64,000 nucleotides of DNA, from positions 2,212,686-2,276,685 of the forward strand of contig JBKAGY010000001.1 in NCBI GenBank assembly GCA_046290585.1, in the 5' to 3' direction. Under the pieces are notes generated by a model, which was not told the origin of the DNA, did not search any database, and saw nothing but the letters and a program-made list of their open reading frames with translations. Source of the DNA: Henriciella sp. GTDB taxonomy: Bacteria; Pseudomonadota; Alphaproteobacteria; Caulobacterales; Hyphomonadaceae. The position numbers and the translations under genes were made by a program. Each line of letters starts with the position of its first letter. Within the stretch, counting starts at the first letter, position 1. Positions 60,210 to 64,000 of the stretch are shown here, piece after piece.

Positions 60210-61135
60210 CCGACGCGCGGAAAGTGAATGTGCAAATTATCTGCACGCTCGTCCTGCCGGGCAATGATCACCCGCTCTGAATTGGCAATCACGAGGTCGC
60301 CTTCAACCCTGTCTTTGGCATAATCATCTGGGGCGATGGCGACCCGGTCCCCGGGTTCGAAATCGCGCAAATCGCCAGCTGTGGAGGCCGGTTTTAGGCG
60401 CGGCGCTGCGGCATTGGCGATTTCCACCGCGTCGGCACCGCTAATTTCTTCCGGGGCTTGGCCTTTGAAGTCTTTGAGGCGGTGATACCAATCTTTGGTC
60501 AACGGCGCGCTCTCAAAACAGGTTTCAAGGAAGTCTGGAACGTTATTTTCCACAAACCAGGGATTCATATAGGCGTGCACATCGACCATGCCGGGCTTTG
60601 TACCGACCAGCCAATCACCGGTGCCAGCCAAGCGTCCGCCGGCGAGCCGTTCTTCAATCCACATCAATTGGCTGCGCCACTGATCTCGCATAAAGGGCGC
60701 GGCGGCTTTCATCGCATCAACATCGAAGGCGCGGCCTGACATTTTGGTGCGGTCATCGATAAACTCTTGCGGCATATGCTCGCCAATCGCGCCAAAAATC
60801 ACGGCGACGCTGGTCTGAAACCATTTTCCATCGGTCCAACCCGATACCATCCGTCCGAGACCTTCATGACCTGGCAAATTGAGCGCCGGGATCTGAAAGC
60901 GCTTTTCTAATTCGACAAGCATGATCGAAGTGTCGCAAAAAATATCTGCACCGATTTGCATCACTGGCGTTCGGCGATAGCCGCCGGTGAGCGGCATCAG
61001 ATCGGGCTTTGGCATGATGGACGGAATTTCCACTGACGCCCAGCCGAGATTCTTCATTCTCAGTGCCAATCGGATCTTCTCTGAATAAGGTGATCGATCA
61101 AACTGATGAAGAATAATGCTTTGGGCGTTTGCCAT
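60188..61135 (-). CDS. Glutathione S-transferase family protein
   Basis: SPYSEKIR, PLTGGYRRTPVMQIGADIFCDT, VHIHFPRVG-like C-terminus. Confidence 0.9.
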   Translation of the reverse strand: MANAQSIILHQFDRSPYSEKIRLALRMKNLGWASVEIPSIMPKPDLMPLTGGYRRTPVMQIGADIFCDTSIMLVELEKRFQIPALNLPGHEGLGRMVSGWTDGKWFQTSVAVIFGAIGEHMPQEFIDDRTKMSGRAFDVDAMKAAAPFMRDQWRSQLMWIEERLAGGRLAGTGDWLVGTKPGMVDVHAYMNPWFVENNVPDFLETCFESAPLTKDWYHRLKDFKGQAPEEISGADAVEIANAAAPRLKPASTAGDLRDFEPGDRVAIAPDDYAKDRVEGDLVIANSERVIIARQDERADNLHIHFPRVGYVLRQA

Positions 61136-61251
61136 GCTTGTTTGCCTCCCCAGACGTCTCGACCAGACTAAGCCTGTTTGATTGGGCTTTCCAAGTCTCC
61201 AATGTTGCCTAAAACAAATGAAAACACAAAAGACCTGGGAGGTGGTTCGAC

Positions 61252-62823
61252 ATGCTCGACACGAAAACGATGCCGCATGTGGCGGATATTCCGCGCGTTC
61301 AAGCCGAGTTGCGAGGCGGTGAAGTCGCTTTCTGGTGCAATGAGGAAGAAACCACATTTGGCGAGCTAGATAAGCGTGCCAATCAAGTGAGCCATGGGCT
61401 GACGGGCTTAGGGGTCGAGGTCAATCAGCGAGTGGGCTATCTCGCGAAGAATACCGCGCTTTATTACGAAATGCTCTATGGCTGCGCGAAAATCCGGGCG
61501 GTGATGAATGCCGTCAACACGCGTCTGGCCGCGCCGGAGGTTCAATTCATTCTCTCTGACGCCCAGGTCTCAGTGCTATTTGTCGGGCCCGAATGGTTCG
61601 ACATGATCGACCAAATCAAAGATGAGTGTCCGCATCTGCAGCACATAATCACCGTCGATGGCAGCCGCGAGGGGTGGCCTGAATACACAGCCTGGCGAGA
61701 CAGCCAAGACGGCGCGGCGCCAGCGGTCAAAACGCTTGATGATGACGATGTGATCCAGCTCTACACGTCCGGAACGACGGGTTTGCCAAAGGGCGTGATG
61801 CTGACCAATGCGAACTATGAATCTTTCATGGAACAGGCGGGCGCATTGCAATGGGCAGGCTATGAAGCCGGCGAAGTGGTGATGAATGCCATGCCGCTCT
61901 TCCACGTAGCGGGTGTGAATGCGGGTGTGCTCGCGACCGCGCAGGGGGCCAAAACGGTCGTCCTGCCTGAGATTAATCCGGCACAAATTTTGGATTTGAT
62001 CGAAACTCAGAAGATCAATCATGCATTCTGGGTGCCCGCCGTTATTCTGATGTTGTCGCAAATGCCGGATTTCCGTGAGCGCGATTATTCGACGCTGAAA
62101 CAGGTCTTTTATGGCGCCTCGCCGATCACTGAAGACCTGTTGAAAACGGCCGTCGAAGTGATGGGCGCGCAGTTTACGCAGCTCTACGGCCTCACCGAAA
62201 CGGTTGGCGGCGGTACTTATTTGCCGCCCGAAGCGCATAATCCAAGCTGGGGCAAGCTCCGCTCTTGCGGGGTGCCGTATCCGTCGACCATCGTTCGCTG
62301 TGTTGATGCAGATGGCAATTCCGTCCCGATCGGCGAAGTGGGTGAGATTGTGATCCAGTCCGGCTTCGTCATGAAAGGGTATTGGAACCGCCCAGAGGCC
62401 ACCGAAGACTCAATTCGCAATGGTTTCTTCCATACTGGCGATGCGGGTTATTTTGACGAAGATGGGTTCTTGTTCATCCATGACCGCGTCAAAGACATGA
62501 TCGTGTCAGGCGGTGAGAACGTTTATCCAGCCGAGGTCGAGAATGCGATCTTTGGGCATCCGGACGTGGCCGATGTCGCTGTGATCGGCGTACCAGATGA
62601 GAAATGGGGCGAGTCCGTCAAAGCGATTATCGTTCCGAAAGATGGCGCAAATCCAACGCCTGAAAGCATCATTGCTTGGGCAAGAGAGAAGATTGCTGGC
62701 TATAAATGCCCGAAATCGGTCGACTATATTGAAGCCTTGCCGCGCAACCCGTCGGGTAAAATTCTGCGCAAAGATCTGCGTGAGCCTTATTGGGCGGGAC
62801 AAGAACGACGCGTTGGGGGCTAA
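61252..62823 (+). CDS. fadD: Long-chain fatty-acid--CoA ligase family (adenylate-forming)
   Basis: YTSGTTGLPKG, YGLTE, HTGD, RVKDMIVSGGENVYP, NPSGKIL. Confidence 0.92.
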   Translation: MLDTKTMPHVADIPRVQAELRGGEVAFWCNEEETTFGELDKRANQVSHGLTGLGVEVNQRVGYLAKNTALYYEMLYGCAKIRAVMNAVNTRLAAPEVQFILSDAQVSVLFVGPEWFDMIDQIKDECPHLQHIITVDGSREGWPEYTAWRDSQDGAAPAVKTLDDDDVIQLYTSGTTGLPKGVMLTNANYESFMEQAGALQWAGYEAGEVVMNAMPLFHVAGVNAGVLATAQGAKTVVLPEINPAQILDLIETQKINHAFWVPAVILMLSQMPDFRERDYSTLKQVFYGASPITEDLLKTAVEVMGAQFTQLYGLTETVGGGTYLPPEAHNPSWGKLRSCGVPYPSTIVRCVDADGNSVPIGEVGEIVIQSGFVMKGYWNRPEATEDSIRNGFFHTGDAGYFDEDGFLFIHDRVKDMIVSGGENVYPAEVENAIFGHPDVADVAVIGVPDEKWGESVKAIIVPKDGANPTPESIIAWAREKIAGYKCPKSVDYIEALPRNPSGKILRKDLREPYWAGQERRVGG

Positions 62824-62825
62824 TC

Positions 62826-63749
62826 ATGGATGATGCGCACGGCGTTCACGATTATGTCTATGATGAGCGCAATGCCGACATTCAGGTCTCCATAAATGGC
62901 GAGCTGAAACATCGCGATCAGGCCACGGTCTCGGTCTTTGAAAGCGGTTATTTGCTTGGCGACGGCGTTTGGGAAGGGATGCGCGTCCATGGCGGCGGAG
63001 TCGCGTTCTTAGATGAGCATTTGAAGCGGCTTTATGCCGGCGCCAAGACGATTGATATCGATATCGGTCTGAGCCCCGAAGCTCTTACCCAGCAGCTGTT
63101 TGATTGTCTCAAAGCCCAGGGCATGACGGAGGGCGTTCATATCCGCTTGATGGTCACGCGCGGGGTGAAGAAGACGCCTTATCAAGGGCCTCGCTTCACG
63201 ATCAAACCGCCGACCATCGTGATCATTCCGGAATTTAAATCGCCCGTGCCAGAGATCCAAGCCAAAGGCGTGTCGCTCTTTACGGCTCATGTGCGGCGGA
63301 CAGGGCCAGCGGAGCAGGACCAAAAGCTCAATTCGCATTCCAAGCTGAATTGTATCTTGGCCTGTATCCAAGCTGACAAAGCCGGTGCTGACGAAGCGCT
63401 CATGCTTGATCCAGATGGCTTTGTCGCGACCTGCAATTCGACGCATTTCTTCATTGTTCGCGATGGCGAGGTTTGGACCAGTCCGCCGGAATATTGCCTC
63501 GGCGGAATTACCCGCGGAAACATCATTCGAGTTTGCCGCGAGAGCGACATTCCGGTGCGTGAGAAGCGCTTCTCACTGTTTGATGTCTATTCGGCCGATG
63601 AGGCGTTCATCACGGGCACCTTTGCTGGCGCGACACCCGTACGCGAAGTAGATGGCCGGGTGATCGCGCAGCTTAACGGCCCGATGACGCAGAAACTGTC
63701 GGGGCTGTACAAAGCGCTGATCGAAACGAACTTGACGCCGATCACATGA
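62826..63749 (+). CDS. PLP fold-type-IV (BCAT/DAAT-like) protein, non-canonical active site
   Basis: GYLLGDGVWEG, HLKRL, LGGITR, FITGT...PVREVDG retained; canonical Lys and Glu positions appear to be Asn and Thr. Confidence 0.85.
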   Translation: MDDAHGVHDYVYDERNADIQVSINGELKHRDQATVSVFESGYLLGDGVWEGMRVHGGGVAFLDEHLKRLYAGAKTIDIDIGLSPEALTQQLFDCLKAQGMTEGVHIRLMVTRGVKKTPYQGPRFTIKPPTIVIIPEFKSPVPEIQAKGVSLFTAHVRRTGPAEQDQKLNSHSKLNCILACIQADKAGADEALMLDPDGFVATCNSTHFFIVRDGEVWTSPPEYCLGGITRGNIIRVCRESDIPVREKRFSLFDVYSADEAFITGTFAGATPVREVDGRVIAQLNGPMTQKLSGLYKALIETNLTPIT

Positions 63750-64000
63750 CGACCAAGCCGCTTCGCATCGCCATGTGGTCTGGGCCGCGAAACATGTCGA
63801 CGACAATGATGCGCAGCTTCGGCGCGCGGCCCGATACGGTCTGTTTCGATGAACCCTTCTACGCGGCTTATTTGAAACAGACCGAGTTGAACCATCCGAT
63901 GTCAGACGAGATCTTTGCCAGTCAAAGCGTTGACCCTGACGCGGTCATATCAGACCTGATCGCTGTCCCAAGTCTAGATCGTCCGGTGGTCTATCAAAAA
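63746..64000 (+). CDS. Sulfotransferase-like P-loop protein, N-terminal part (runs off window end)
   Basis: Manual translation MTTKPLRIAMWSGPRNMSTTMMRSFGARPDTVCFDEPFYAAYL...HP; ATGA overlap with upstream stop. Confidence 0.8.
   Translation, partial: MTTKPLRIAMWSGPRNMSTTMMRSFGARPDTVCFDEPFYAAYLKQTELNHPMSDEIFASQSVDPDAVISDLIAVPSLDRPVVYQK

Overview
A 64-kb chromosomal segment (GC roughly mid-50s %) from an alphaproteobacterium, most likely Hyphomonadaceae/Caulobacterales-like. This is inferred from rcdA, DUF1013/TrcR, DUF1192, the ffh leader, CtrA-type boxes and the gene order. It is mostly core genome, about 69 CDS: miaB-phoH-ybeY-corC, hrpB, xerD, envC-ctpA-yibQ-rppH, hpt/zinc-ribbon/ftsEX/plsC/alkA/HNH, efp-suhB, gap-pgk-fba, nrdA and nrdB (split by three envelope genes), ugd-tal, truB, mdh, ffh-chorismate mutase-rpsP, oxyR, an ArnT-like transferase, alternative oxidase and a final fadD operon. 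I found no rRNA, tRNA, CRISPR array, transposase or prophage. The most interesting items are: (1) a coupled operon of fadD, a fold-type-IV 'aminotransferase' that appears to lack the Schiff-base Lys and pyridine-binding Glu, and a sulfotransferase-like protein; (2) a structured intergenic element with C-rich loops divergent from oxyR (sRNA or leader candidate); (3) an SD-occluding multi-hairpin leader ahead of an M28 peptidase coupled to an RNxxxH (HEPN-like) protein; (4) NrdR, CtrA and DnaA sites at the split nrd genes. Protein family calls come from motif recognition by eye, not from database searches.
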